NCBI RefSeq assembly: GCF_009914755.1
Contig: NC_060935.1
Length of the DNA: 64,000 nucleotides
Strand: one strand, 5' to 3'
Source: the human T2T-CHM13v2.0 reference genome, Homo sapiens
Below are positions 11,339-26,284 of this stretch, in pieces. A program made the translations under genes and the position numbers. Each line of letters starts with the position of its first letter. The stretch's first letter is position 1. A model generated the notes under the pieces. That model saw only the letters and a program-made list of their open reading frames with translations, was not told the origin of the DNA and searched no databases.

Positions 11339-13744
11339 GCATTGTGTGCACTAGACTTTTGCCGAAGGTTTGAAGCTGAGGGTCATCCATCCAGAAGGTA
11401 GTGGCATAGTCATCCAGCCCAGCAGTGCACAGTGGACTGGTCTGTCTTAGAACCTGCTCGGCCATACCCGCCATAGGAGCTCTCCCAGGTCCCTGACTCA
11501 GACTCCTCTTGTTCACTTCTCGTGTCTCAAGCTTCTTCCTTGTCTCGGGCCTGCTCTGTCCCTCTCTCAGAGGCCAGTTGAGGACACAGAGTGTTTCTGC
11601 TCCCCTGTTCTCGCTTGGAGGAGCCCCTGCCCCCAGCGTGCTGACTCAGGCTTGGTACCGCTAATGCAAAGAGAGCAAGAGGGTGGGAGGAGATGGCCTC
11701 TCCAGCACCCGACTCCTCATCCTTTCCTGCCATCCACTCTCCCATTGACAGAGACCCTTTCTTATGGGCCCTGGCTGGGGCCTTGGCTGAGGACATGGAT
11801 GGACCCACCAGGCCAGGGCCTCCTTGTCTTGGATCTGCAGAGGGACAGCTTCATGGGGGGGCTGGCATCTGCTCTCATACTCCTGGATGCTGCCTGATTC
11901 CCCAGGGCTGAATTATGCATCAATACATGGAGGCTTCTTAGGAAATATCCTTCTAAGAGTCCTCCCCTGGGGACCGGCAGACCATCTTCCTGAGTCACCT
12001 CTGCCTGCCTGCCTCTCCTGTTGGTTAGGGGAAGCTGTCAACAAAAGCAGCACTTCCCCCTAAAAATGCAGTAGCCGGTGATGCATCTGGGCACATACGA
12101 ATGCACTCAGATGGGTTCTGTCAGGCCCTGAACTTGGTGATGGCCTTAAGCCATCACCAAGGTTTGCGTCAGGAAAAGTGTGACATTAAAGGCAGAGCAT
12201 GACAATGTCTTTGGGGTGAAGAGCAGCAGGATCAGACCAAGTGCTTCTGCCAGTTCAGTGGGCAATGGAAAGAGCCGTGGGGTGCAGTGGTTAGAGCCGA
12301 GGCCTAGGCTTAGGACATCATGGATGCATTCCAGCCCTGTCTCTCTCTGGTTTGTGTGACCTTGGGCTGATTACGTCTTGGGGCATCCTTGTCCTTCCAT
12401 GTGACATGGGACAACAGCAGGCAAGTGATTGGGGAGAAGCCGAGAATGGCGCTGGTGGGGCTTCTGCAGGAACAGCCGAGTCCTCGGAAGTTTGAGGCCT
12501 CGTGGGAAGATGTGTGCTCCGAGCTAGGAAATCTCCAGCTTTCAAGTTGCCCTTGGGCATTTCCCGCCACCCCTGTTCTGCCACCTCTGAGAGCAACACG
12601 CAGACTCCCAAGGCTTGCAGCCCTTTCGGGAGTTTCTGTGTTGCTGGAGTCCTGCCTTACTTCCTGGTTGTGGATGGGCATGCCAGGTGCCTTCCTTGGG
12701 CCCAGAGCTCCATAGAAGGAAAAGACTTCAGAGATGAAGATAAAACTGATCCTGATGGAGGAAATGGCGTTGTAACACCATCCGAGTACCCGGTTTGGGG
12801 TACATTTTGCTGAAAATGCCCTCAGAAAGGCAGATTTGCAGCTGTTAGGGAATTTTTAGATATTTTATTTTAGTTATTTTTGTTTTTTAATTTCCAGTAT
12901 GAGTGAGGGGAAAAGAGCAAGAAGGAGCCATCTGGCCTGGTTGAGGGGAGAAAATGAGATTGCTTGGTTTTCATTTGCAGCAAAATGCACTGTGAGTTTT
13001 TCTGCAAATGTTAATAAAGACAGAAAGCAGTGAGACAACAGAGGCCTCCTGGGCTGCTGCTGGAAACACCTCCACAGTGGGGCCTCCTCCCTGGGTTTGC
13101 GTGTATTATCGCTTCGGAAAAGGCCAATTTTCAGGGATGTCAGATCACCAATCTCAGTTGCTTTCGAGAAAACCTCTTTCTTCTAGCCCAGAGATCAACA
13201 GGGGAACATCTGCTCTGGACTGCAGTCTTGTCTCAGCCTGGGCTCTGTCTCCACTGTTTACTGCTTAGCTGGAAAGAAGTGAAACAGATGTGATTGGTTT
13301 CAGATGAATGAGGTTACCGTCATGTTTCTGGCCTTCCCAGTGGTTCCTAATTGGTTGCAAGAAACTCCATGGAGTGGGGAGAGAGAGCTCTGGCTTAGAA
13401 ATGGGGGGGTAGCTTCAAGTTCTAGCTTTGACCAGGACTCATCATGTGACCTTAGACAAGGCAGTACCCCTCTCCGGGCCTGTTTGCCATCTATAAAAAC
13501 CAGGGCAAAAAACCCAAACCTAATGCACAAACAGAAACAAGCCAGGGTTGGGATAAATTATCTTCACAGCTAGCTTTGCAGGGTTGGTGTGGGAAATAGA
13601 ATCAAATAAGCCGAAGAATGGGGTCAGGAGTGGATTTGGTTCTTTCCCTGCTTCTCTTATAGTCACCCTGGGTATGAGAAGGCTGGGCTGCTTAAGAAAG
13701 TAGCAAGGACTTCCAAAGAGCAGGGGTAGCATGGTGTGGTAGTA

Positions 13745-13915
13745 CCTGGATGGCAGACACTTTTCATCGCAAATGCCAACGCTGATCGATTTGTAGGGCC
13801 TGCCTGAGTGCAGCTGAAGGGTGGATGAGCCTGTTTTACCCAGGCTCAGCAGGAAGGAGTGCCAAGATCAATTATTGACGTCTGTCATGGTTGGAGGAGG
13901 GTGGAATGCTAGCAA
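13745..13915. mobile_element. ancient non-autonomous DNA transposon fragment (hAT-like, family uncertain)
   Basis: ggatggca...tttcatc...tgccaacgctgatcgatttgtag...ggctcagcaggaaggagtgcc...gtctgtcatgg resembles a recurrent mammalian hAT MITE. Confidence 0.45.
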
Positions 13916-14339
13916 AGAATAGATGGGGAATAGATGTGGGGAACTTTGGGGTGCTGGGTATAGAGCATAGGGACTGGGGCACTTGAATGCCCTGTCACTG
14001 GCTTTGTTGCTATATGACCTAAGGTGAGGGTCCAATATGGGGCTGGATTTCAAAATAATCATAAAATAATCATGCGTGGGCATCTTTCTTCTTCAGGAAG
14101 TCTGGTTGGTACTGTACAGTTGAGCTAGTGCATTGCTGAGCATGTGTATTTTGAAGAGGCCATTCAAGTGATTTTAATATAATTTCATCCTGGTGGAGAA
14201 ACAGTAAGTATAACCACTGACAACCTATTCAGGCTCCAATTCACTCATCAGTAGAGAGTAGGGTTTTCCTCACTGCACAGCACTGGAGCCCTGAGGCTCT
14301 AATGAGCTCACAGAGAAGATGGTCTGACCAGTGGCTAAA

Positions 14340-14645
14340 ATAAATGAAGTGAACAGGCCAAGGATACAAAATGATGGCATGTATGATTCTACTTATATAA
14401 AGTTCAAAGTCAGCAAGAGAATCTAAGGGAGTCAAAGTCACAACAGTGATGACCTTTGGGCATGAGTTGGGGGGTGTCCAGAAGGGGCACGAGGTACTTC
14501 TGGGTGCTGGTGTGTTCATCTTCTCATCCTGGCTGGTGGGAACATAGGTATGCTCAGTTTGTGAATATTCATTGAGCAGTACACTTCAGATCTGTGTACT
14601 GTTCCCTCTCTGTTATACTTCAACGAAAAAAATTCTATTAAAAAA
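14340..14645 (+). mobile_element. old L1 (L1ME-type) 3' end
   Basis: tgtatgattctacttatataaagttcaaa...ttctgggtgctgg...cagtttgtgaatattcattgagc...tgttatacttcaa followed by an A tail. Confidence 0.8.
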
Positions 14646-14655
14646 CAAAAAACAT

Positions 14656-15118
<463 letters not shown>

Positions 15119-15381
15119 TCAGAGTTCCTGTTGGGGTTTGAGTATGAGACCCAAGACAAATGCTTCTCTCTGGGACTCCCAGCCTCTGTCAGGGAGTCTT
15201 TGCAGATGAGTGTTGGGTGAGTTAGAAGGGAACAGACGTCTCCTGGTCATGCTGGGGTTCAATCCTGACTCCACCTAAATTTACTATCTTGGTGATTTGG
15301 GGTGAGTTATTCAGCTTCTCTGAGCCTCAATTTACCCACTTGTAAAGCAAGGAGTGTAGTACCCACACCAAAATATTGTTT

Positions 15382-15671
15382 TGCCAAGAAGCAGTAGCTC
15401 ATGCCTGTAATCCTAACACTTTGAGAGGTGAGGCAGAAGGATTGTTTGAGGCCAGGAGTTCAAGAGCAGCCTGGACAACATCGGGGGCCCTCTCTACAAA
15501 AAATAAAAAAATAAAAATTAGCTGCAGATGGTGGTGCATGCCTGTAGTCCCAGCTACTTGGGAGGCTGAGGCGAGAGGATTGCTTGAGCCGAGGAGTTAG
15601 AAGCTGCAGTGAGCTATGATTGTACTACTGCACTCCAGCCTGGGCAACAGAATGAGACCCTCTCTCAAAAA
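15382..15671 (+). mobile_element. AluJ (inside a MIR)
   Basis: gaggccaggagttcaag, gaggattgcttgagcc, gtgagctatgat are J diagnostics. Confidence 0.92.
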
Positions 15672-16989
15672 ATAATTATTTTGGGGTTAGGACAAGATTA
15701 TGATTAGAAAATACACGGTGTGCCTGGGCAGCAGAGATGCTCAGCAGAGCTTCATTTGCCCACTTCCCCCACTGCTTGCCTGGTGCTACCCCTTGTGCCT
15801 ATCAGGAAGGGAGACTCAGTTCTTAGGGAGTAGTCGCCTGGACCCAGCCTTCCCATTGCTCATGTCAGGGTGAGATGTGGGAAACCCATTCTTGGGGCCC
15901 TGGCGGTTCCCTCCTCGCTGGCCCAGCCCTGTGTCCCCAGCCAGCTGGCATTGAAAAACGGGGCCTTTCTCTGACTGGTCAGGGCTAGAGGCCCAGGCGA
16001 GGTGGTGGCTGCAGCTCCCAGCAGCTAATTCTGCTGGTCACAGCGCCAGGCCCTCTCACAGGCGAGCATCTGCTTTGCCTTGTGGGGCAGCTGGCACCTA
16101 GGAACATGCCAGCTCCCTGGCATCTTTTCTCCATCCTGCCTGCAGCAGCCAGGAGCAGCCCTGCCTAAAAGAGGCAGCTCTCTGGGGCACAGAACTTCAG
16201 CAAGGAGCTCGTTGCTTGGATCTCAGCTGCCTTCTCGACTTTTTATTTAATCCCAGATATCCCTTGGGCAGGGAGATGTGGGGACCAAGGGACTTCCCTC
16301 CTCTAAGACTCAGTAGGCTTATCTGGAAAATGGGCGTGAATCATAGAGGCCTCTTAGGGCTGCTATGAGGAGGGACTGTTTGTACTGAGCCTGGTTTGTA
16401 CTGAGCTGCTCAGGAATCTTAAATATGATCGTGAATATGACGGTTGCCATTACGACTGGTTATGAGGCAGCATCAGGGGAAGCCATTTGGGTCGACTTTG
16501 GTATAAAGGATGTGGTTTGAAATTGCCTGTGTCTCAGAACAATCTGTTTTGATTTATTCTACTGTGGGAATTTGAAAATGGCCCAAATGTTTCTCCTCCC
16601 CCCTCCCGTCTCTCTCTCAGCACTCAGATTTCCTCACTCCTGCACTCATCTCCTCATGCACACTCACACGCTACCTTCACACTTGCTCACTCTCATCTTT
16701 CCACACTCAAAGTGCAGGTGGAACTTCCAGTGGCCCAAATACTTTTCCTTCTACCTCAAAGGCTCACACTGTTTCCACTACACACACACACAAACACGTA
16801 TGTGTGGTCATTCTCACACTCAAACTTCTCTCCCTGTCTCTCATCCCCCCAGTTCCCTCCCTCACCTGCAGCAGAGCTGCAGGGTCAGAAGACTTCGGTT
16901 CTCTCTCTGTCTCTTACTAGCCAGCTCTGTGGCTGTGTGATATGGGCCGAGTCACTCAGCCTCTCTGGGCCCTGGTTTCCTTTCTCTCA

Positions 16990-17376
<387 letters not shown>

Positions 17377-17814
17377 TTACTACATCTTAAATTCCATGAC
17401 TCTGCCAGTGAGTGGACTGGATCTCATTAGGCAGACCGTGTGCCAACCTGGAATTATATCAGTATTTTAGCCTTTTCCTGGTACTGAGGAGACATTGCTT
17501 GATTTCAAGCTAGAAATTAACACAAGTCAGGAGAAAATGGAAAGTTCAAGATCGTGATTTACTCTTCACTTTAGAGAAGCCACAGTGTCATAGCACCGCA
17601 CTTTTATTCTTCTCATTTCCTCCTCATGCACCAGCAGAGATGACTTAGGGAAACAGAGGCAGCGGTCAAGTTGCCACTGTGAATGGGGGAGGGGCGGCGG
17701 AAATCAAGACAAAGATTTTGCGTTTCCTGCACCACATCCACCAGAAGGATCCACTTCCTTTTGGTGTGTATCCCTCCTCCCACCCACTTCCAGGGACAGA
17801 GAGCTAGAATGTAT

Positions 17815-18020
17815 TGAGAGCGTACCACATTGTGTGTACCGCCCTGTTGAATCCTTGCAACAACCCTACAGGTTAAGTGTGGATCCATTCCCATTTTTGG
17901 GATGATAAGACTGGTGCATGGTGAGGCTAGGTAAGTACCTGGCCCAGCATCATACTGCATGTCTGGCAGAGCTGGATCTGCACCTGGGTGCTCTGGTTCT
18001 TGAGCTAAGCTTTTGACCAC
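17815..18020 (-). mobile_element. MIR SINE
   Basis: aatccttgcaacaaccctac...cccatttttgggatgataagactg...gagctggatctgcacctgg. Confidence 0.7.
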
Positions 18021-18490
18021 CACACCCTGCAGTCTTGAGTGGCCCTATGTCAAGGTGGAGTGGAAAGACACAGGATTTCAAGATGAAAGGCTTGAGTTTT
18101 AATCTTGCTCTGCTATTAATTTATTATGAGCCTTGAGCGAGTCTCTTATCCTCTGATGCTCAGGTTCCCCATTTGCGAAATGGAGAGAAAACTAAAACCT
18201 GTTGCTCAAGATTGCTGGGAGGCATGAGGGAGGTAAACTGCCTGGGACAATGTGAGTGCTTCCATATGTCAGCTCTTTTTGTGGTTTTCTGATTTGCCTT
18301 GGCAAACTTTTTTGCTAGGCATGTGGGCTTGCTACCTGGCATACAGGGCCCCACCCTGGAGTTAGAAGGATTCATTCCCAAGTGACATTGCACAAGGGTC
18401 ATCATGATGCCTTTGTATAAATCCCATTTGGCCACCAGAGTGTCTTGGGGATTGCACTTCAAGCACTAAAGTGGAATGAATGAAGGATGA

Positions 18491-18858
<368 letters not shown>

Positions 18859-20249
18859 TCAAATGTGAAATTGCTCAAAATGGAGCTGCCCTGTTGAAGC
18901 AGGCATGGGGGCTGCTCCACCCTCCCCAACTCACCTCCTCACTTTGATATCTCCTAGGGAATCCTTGGGGAACCCATTTTGAAAACCACAGGCCATCAGG
19001 GGACAGATGATGAAATTGAGACCCAGAAAGGGGCAGTAACTCACCCAGGAACCTGAAGCAGGCACTCAGTTAGAATTATTTTCATTAGCAGCATCGTTTT
19101 CCTTTTTTATAAGAGGGCTTTCCTGTGTTTCTTTTGGCCATCGATCTTAATTAATCACCTAGAGATATGTCTTTCAATATTGACACTTACTTAGCAGCTG
19201 ACATTTCTGAATTATTCCCTCTCCTGCCTTCCTCATAGCCATAGATAAAGGCTGGATGGATATTTATTGTTAAAGCAAGGAAAATGGGGCTTTTTATTTG
19301 GAAGCTTTTGAAACACTGTATTTACCCAAATAATCCTGCCTGAGTCTGCAGGTGTTTGGAGACCCAGGAAAATGTATTTGACAAAATAAATGAATAAAAA
19401 TTGTGACCAGAGTGAATCCCCACATGAGGCGGTATGTAGGGGATCTTAAGAGTCCTATTTGAATGCAACATCTCCCTCCACTTCCCACATCCCCCCTTTT
19501 GCAGCCCCCACATCAATTTGGTGTTCTAGACCACGTGGTCTTCCTCCTTCAAAACCTAATTTCCACATGGATTTAGCCAGCAGTGACCAGCTACATGAAG
19601 AGCTTTAGTGAGAATCAATAGGCGAGATCCCTGGAGTGGGCTCTATGCCAGCTGCATGTGAAACATCCCAGCTAGGATGAGGAGCAGCGAAAGAAAGATG
19701 GATGCTTGCAAGACATCTGGGACATTGGATGTTTAAGGGCAAGGTGAAGTGACTCAGAGAGGCTTGGTGACTTGCCCAAGGTCACACAGTGACTTACAGG
19801 CAGTGCCCTCATCCTCTAGGGTTCCTAGGCTGGGGCCCTTTCCAACACACTGAACCATTTCTTTGCTGAAAGCAGGCTGCCCTTTGCTTTATTATGGAGG
19901 TAATAAACCAATTCTTTAGTGTGGCCAAAGAGAGAGAGGGAGTGAGCTGTTAATTAGAGGATGACTTTTAGGGCACGTAAATGGGCAATACTATCAGAGC
20001 AGGTAGAGATCACCCAAGGTGTGTCCGGCTGTCCCTGAGTGATGGGAGGTTCAGGAACAGAGAAGACCTGGTGCCTGCCAGCAAGTGTGGAAGAAACACA
20101 TGTGAATTCAATTCAAGGCTGGCGAGGCTCGTGCTTGGCTCCCTGCACACTTTGTGTTCTGGGAGTGGGTGGAGAACACAGTCTTCTCCAAGCCTGACCC
20201 TGGCAGCCTGGCAGATTTCATTTCTTCCTTTTCTACTTGGGAGACAGAC

Positions 20250-20450
20250 AGGCTCCAGGGCCAGGCTGCCTGGGGTTCAGATGCTGGCTCTTACTGCATG
20301 AATCTGTGATCTTTGGCTAACTGCTTGTGCTTGTAGAATGGGGATAGTAACAGTACCTTTCTCACAGTGTGGTGGTGAGGTCCTAATGTGACAATCCACA
20401 GCATACATGCTTAGGAAGTGCCTGATGGAGTCAGCAGGCAGTTTGCATTA
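20250..20450 (+). mobile_element. MIR SINE
   Basis: gccaggctgcctggggttca...gtagaatggggatagtaacagtacc...gtgaggtcctaatg. Confidence 0.7.
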
Positions 20451-20546
20451 CCTGTTACTTTAGGGCATCTTAGAAGGGAGTGCGATTGTTTCTGCGTTTA
20501 AATAATAATGTTTATCACTTTCTCTGATTATAAAAGTCACATATAA

Positions 20547-20850
20547 GGCTGGTGCAGTGGCTCACACCTGTAATCCCAGCACTTTGGGAGGCCAAGGTGG
20601 GTCAGGAGTTGAGGTCACTTGAGGTCAGGAGTTCAAGACCAGCCTGGCCAACGTGGTAAAGCCCCATCTCTACTAAAAATACAAAAATTATTTGGACATG
20701 ATGGCAGGTGCCTGTAATCCCAGCTACTCAGGAAGCTGAGGCAGGAGAATCCCTTGAACCTGGGAGGCGGAGGTTTCAATGAGTCAAGATCACACCACCG
20801 CACTCCAGCCTGGGTGACAGAGCAGGACTCCATCTCAAAAAAAAAAAAAA
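20547..20850 (+). mobile_element. AluS (Sx-like)
   Basis: Full-length dimer; TSD aagtcacatata / aagtcatatata. Confidence 0.94.
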
Positions 20851-20940
20851 GAAGTCATATATATCTCAGCTACCTAAAGCTAATATTTTGCGTATGTTTC
20901 TTCCCAGTTTTTTCCCTGTGTGTTGTGTATGTTTGCATGT

Positions 20941-21473
20941 TGTTAAGTAAAATATATGAGAAGCCAGTGTTTTGGACTGAACTCTAGCACTAGGCCCCAA
21001 CACACCAACCCAAAATGGAGTCATTCAAGCTGAAGTGTCACATTATCAAACTAAAACCTAAATTGTTTACTTGTAAGATCTGACCTTCCAGGAAATCAGG
21101 AGGAAGATGATAGCTAAATCTCCAAAACAGGCTAGTTTTAGCTGATGTGATGAAGTCCTCTCTGTTTTAACCGATACAAGGAAAGTGACTTTAAATGACC
21201 AATCCACATTTTGTTCTTTGTTTCTGCCTTCTTTAGCCTTTTCCTGTCTATAAAGCCCATCCCTTCTATTCAGCTCAGCAGAACAACTTTCTTTCTTTCT
21301 TTTTTTTTTGACACAGGGTCTCACTCTGTTGCCCAGGCTGAAGCGCAGTGACTCTATCTTGGCAACAGAGCACCTTTCTGTTTTGTAGATGGGATGCTGC
21401 CCAATTCATGAATCACAATAAAAACAAATGAGATCTTTACAACTCAATTTGTTGAAATTTCATTTCTTTGACA
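20941..21473 (+). mobile_element. ERV1-class solo LTR (MER31-like)
   Basis: tgttaa...gttttggactga...gcactaggccccaaca...caaaatggagtca...ccaatc...tataaag...aataaaa...ctttgaca, with TG..CA termini. Confidence 0.8.
21293..21362 (-). mobile_element. severely 5'-truncated AluJ inside the LTR
   Basis: T tail followed by gacacagggtctcactctgttgcccaggctg; diverged TSD cagcagaacaactttct / caacagagcacctttct. Confidence 0.85.
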
Positions 21474-22031
21474 GTTTGTGTGTGTGTGTGTGCACGTGCA
21501 CATGTATGCATACATATATCTCTATATAAATGAGTATGTATTGTCAGTATAATTTAAACAATAAAGCCATGATTCTCATAAATCTAGAATGAACATGAGT
21601 CAAAGATTGATTTAATGAGGAGGCCAGCAAGATGGAAAAGCTAGCTCTCAGGAGAATTCAAGGAACAGTGATTATGTAGGCATTGGAGAAAGAATGCCTG
21701 AATATGATGGCTGGATTGGATATAAAACTGGTTAATGCCCTATAAGGCAGAAAACCATAACCTTGGGGTTTATCTGTTTTACTAGCCAAAAAAATCTACA
21801 AGTTCATGTGTAACTTTATACAAAGTTACATTCCTCTAGAATCCCCTGGGTAATTACAGGATTCTTGGGTAGGCTTGCTAAACAGTACTCCAATATGAGG
21901 TTGAAATGACACAGACCTCTCTTTGCCTTTTGCCACATTACAGATGACTTTTCTTAACAGTATCCATATATTCTTTTTGATCACATGCTAGAAAACACTG
22001 CGGACCTCACCTTTCTCACTTGATATTATAG

Positions 22032-22388
<357 letters not shown>

Positions 22389-24834
22389 TGACTCACCCTC
22401 TGTGGGTGCCCCCAGCATCTTCCTGGGGGTCCCAGGGTAGCTGGACTCGCCGCTGCCACCCTCACATTTTATTGTAATCTCCAATTTCCCTGTCTCTTTC
22501 TCCATTCGAACTGAGTTTTTTGAGATCATGGATTTGCTGAGCTGAACTGGCTTCCTGATCCCATCGTCCCAAGCATCTATTATGTGAGCACATAGTGATC
22601 GACTTCAGTGTGGCTTGCTGAGTGAATACACATGGATTTTAAGAAGCCTGGCTTTCGTCAGTTACAAAAGGATGAGCTGTGCTGTTAGGGATCGGCAGGG
22701 ACTCCTCTTCTGGAGTATTTGAGTCAAAGCAGCTCCCACCTCTCATGCAGGGTGACAGCCTATCCACTACTCCCATCTCTAATTCTGCCATTTAATTGTA
22801 TTTGGACGCAACACACTTAGTCTAGAAAACCAGTCATGCGTCTTTTCACTAGGACTCCCTTGACCGAGCTCTCTGGTTTTCTAACTTTCTTTGCTAATCA
22901 AGGTCTTAAAGGGGTAAAAAGTTCTTGGCCTCCTAAAGCTTAGGAGGGACAAGTGTGACTTGAAGGATTAATCTCCACGCTATGAATTTTAAAGCTCTCT
23001 GGTTCCATGTGTTGGGAAAAGCCATCAAAATGCTAATGACTCTGTGGTCTTGCCTCCTGCGGACCTTTTCTGCATTAGAATATATTTACATGGACTTGAG
23101 CAGGGAAGCATTACAAAGAGTTGGGGTGCAGTTTTCCCAGTATTCCGCTGCAGCCCTGTGGGTTATAAAGTCTGAATTAATAGCCCCAGTTGCGGCCTTC
23201 AGCTTCCTTGCTAGCTGCAGGGTGGCCAGTTTAGAAACATCTCTATTACTGGCGTGTGGCTTTTTAATACTGCTTCTCTCCGAGGCAGACTATCCTTGGG
23301 CATGCGTTCCTGTGTGTTTAATACTGCACATTGCATCCACGTGGAGTTCAGGGTCTGGAACATGTTGAGACACAATTCATACCAAAGCCAACTTCAGCAC
23401 TGAGACAGTCTCTGTTCTTCTTGAACCATGTGCCAAAGCACTGGCTGTGCTTGTAACCTTTGAAAGCCTGGTATCTTTGCTCAAACAGCCCAATGACCCA
23501 AGATGTAAGATCTCAGATGTATCCTTGAGAGGATTAATACTATGGTGTTGGCCACACCTGGCCTCTAATGCAGGCTGGAGTTAATGAGTGCCGTGGCTTG
23601 GGCAGCTTTGGCTCTGTGACTGTGGTTAAGATGCCTGACTCCTCTGAGCTGTGCGGTGTAGGAGAAAGAAGAGTGCAGTTTAGATGAAAAGGGAGGTCCA
23701 GTGGATAGTCCTTGTCCTTACCTCCTTGAAGTGATGAGAAAGTGCTTTCAGACAGCACAAAGAGGGAGCAGATGTGGGACAATGCCCACCGATGGCAAGA
23801 GGTTTTGGGCTGCCACAGGCTACACATGCTCTTTCCTACTCAGTTGACCAGTGCGGCTGTGTCTGTCTATGGCAGGTCCTACACAGGAGGGCACACAGAG
23901 ACCCTGGCTGGCATGTGCTGTCTGCAGAAAAGCCCCAGACCAGATGGGAGGCGTGAGGGGAAATGATTCTTAACAGCAGTTGCATTGAGAATAAACAGTC
24001 TCAGGCAATCATTTATGGGGATTGGGACATTCCCTCCCTCCCTGGCCCTTCCACCCTCCTCATCCCACCAAGAGCTAATGGGCTCAGATCGGAAGGCCCA
24101 TGCTTCTGGGTAGACCCTTGGGGCCCCTTGCTGGCAGTGCCCAGAGCCTGCTGCACTGTGTCAAGTACAGTAAGGAACAGCCTCCTCTTTCTGAGCAGGA
24201 ATAGATCCCCATCTTTCTGAGGATGTCATGGTTTCACTTCAGCCCCACTGAGACCCTGAGGCACAATTAACCAGGCTGATTGGGACTCATTCTGGGAACA
24301 AAGGGTGCTGGGCCCAGTGACAGGACGAGCAGGTGGGAAGCGCTTCCCTCCCCCAGCCAGACAAGTGCAGGTGGAGAGCCCGGCAGACACTGCAAGGTTC
24401 TCAGCGCTCAGGTGGCTTCATTAAGGGCTGCCCTGGGGTTTGCTGAGCTGGGGACGCAGCCCCAAGACATCCTGAGCATGCCTTGGCTCTCCTCCCTCTC
24501 CCCTGCCCCCACACCAACCCCCTATGTAGCTAATTTAAAACAAAGCAAAACAAAGCCCTGGCTTTGCTTTGGAGCCATAAATTGCAGAGCTTTTATCTGT
24601 CAACAAGCAATGCATCAGGCTGGCAGTGGCCCAGCCTGGATCCTGTGGCCTGGCATCGGCTTGGGAGACGAGGTCTGAGGCTGAGCTGGCATCCAGGGTC
24701 TCCCTGAGGACGCTGCTCCTTCTTGGGGCATAAGGCCAAATTCTTATGGCCTCGGGACTCAGAAGGGTGGCTATTTCTCCTAGGAGCCAGGAAGAGATGT
24801 AGGGTGACTAGGGTTGGGAGTACAGAGCCAGGGT

Positions 24835-24926
24835 GGGGAGAAGGGGAGACAGAGAGAGAAATGGAGAGAGAGGGAAAGAGAGATGGAGAGAGAGATGGAG
24901 GAGGGAAGAGGGAGATGGAGAGAGAG
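24835..24926. repeat. GA-rich low-complexity tract
   Basis: Repeated ggagagagag/atggagag units. Confidence 0.85.
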
Positions 24927-26249
24927 TTTGCCAACAGAAGCTAACCAGGGAAAGGCTTATCACTGGGTTGGTCAACTCTCTCTCTTCCTTTGTTCCTTGC
25001 TGCCTCTTCCAGGAAGTCTTCCTGGCTCTCTTCCTCCTCTGAAATCCGACTGACTTGGGATTCTAGGACAACAGGAGACTCTAAACCAGTGGTCTTCAAT
25101 GTTATCTGGAAAGTTAATATATAAATTATTGTGAAGTCCAATTGTTGTGAATTAAGTGTGTTGTGTGTGTGTGGAGGGGTGTAGCCCCCATCTGTTCTTT
25201 GTGAGAACAAAAAGGAGGGAGGGAGGGAGGGAGGGAAGGGTTCCCAGGAGAATAACTTGGAATCATGAATCATAGCTACTCCCTTTTTTTCCCCATTTTT
25301 TTTTAGTTGTCATAAAATACAACATAAAATTTACCATCTCGGCCATTTTTAAGTACACAGTTCAGTTATTTTAAATACATTCATAATGTTGTGCAACCGT
25401 CCATGCCATCCATCTCCATAACTCTTTTTATTTTGTAAAATGGAAAATCTATATCCATTAAGCAATAATTCTTCCCATTTTCCTCTCCTCCCAGCCCCTG
25501 GTAACCTCCATTCTATTTCTGGTCTCTGTGATTTTAACTATTCTACATGTTTCATGTAAGTGGAATCATGCAGTATTTGTCTTTTGTGACTGGCTTTCTA
25601 AAATTTAGCATAGCATTTTCAAGGTTCATCTATGTTGCAGCGTGTCAGAATTTCCTTCTTTTTTAAGGTTCACTAATACTCCATTGTGTAGATAGACCAC
25701 ATTTTGCTTATCCATTCATCTGTTGATGGACACTTGAGTTATTTGCATGTTTTAGCTGTTGTGAATAATCCTACTCTGAATATGAGTGTACAAATATCTC
25801 TTTGAGACCCTACTTTCTTTTCCTACTGTCTTGTTCCTGATCTTAGAAGAAAAGCTTTTGGTCTTTCACCATTGACTACGATGTTTGCTGTTTGCTGTGG
25901 GTTTTTCATATATGACTTTTACAGTTTTGAGATAATTTTCTTGTATTTTTAGTTGAATGTTTTTATTATAAAAGGATGTTGAATTTGTCAAATGCTTTTT
26001 CTTTTGGGTATATACCTAGAAGTGGAATTGCTGGATCACATGGTAATTCTATTTTTAATTTTTTGAGGAACTGTCATACCGTTTTCTACAGTGGTTGTAC
26101 CATTTTACATTCCCACCAACAGTGGGAACAGGGTTCAAGTTCCTTCACATCCTAGCCAACACTTGTTATTTTTTATTTTTTATTTTTTTTTATAGTAGCC
26201 ATGCCAGTGGGTGTGAAGTTGTATCTCACTGCAGTTTTATTTATTTGTT

Positions 26250-26284
26250 TACACTTGATCTTAGCCAGAAAGCTGAGAAATGAT
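26250..26284 (-). pseudogene. 3'-truncated U2 snRNA retropseudogene (nt 1-35)
   Basis: Reverse complement ATCATTTCTCAGCTTTCTGGCTAAGATCAAGTGTA matches the U2 5' end ATCGCTTCTCGGCCTTTTGGCTAAGATCAAGTGTA at 30/35 and begins exactly at U2 nt 1. Confidence 0.88.

Noticed and set aside
21809-21830. 9-bp inverted repeat tgtaacttt-atac-aaagttaca
   Set aside because: Short and AT-rich; expected by chance.
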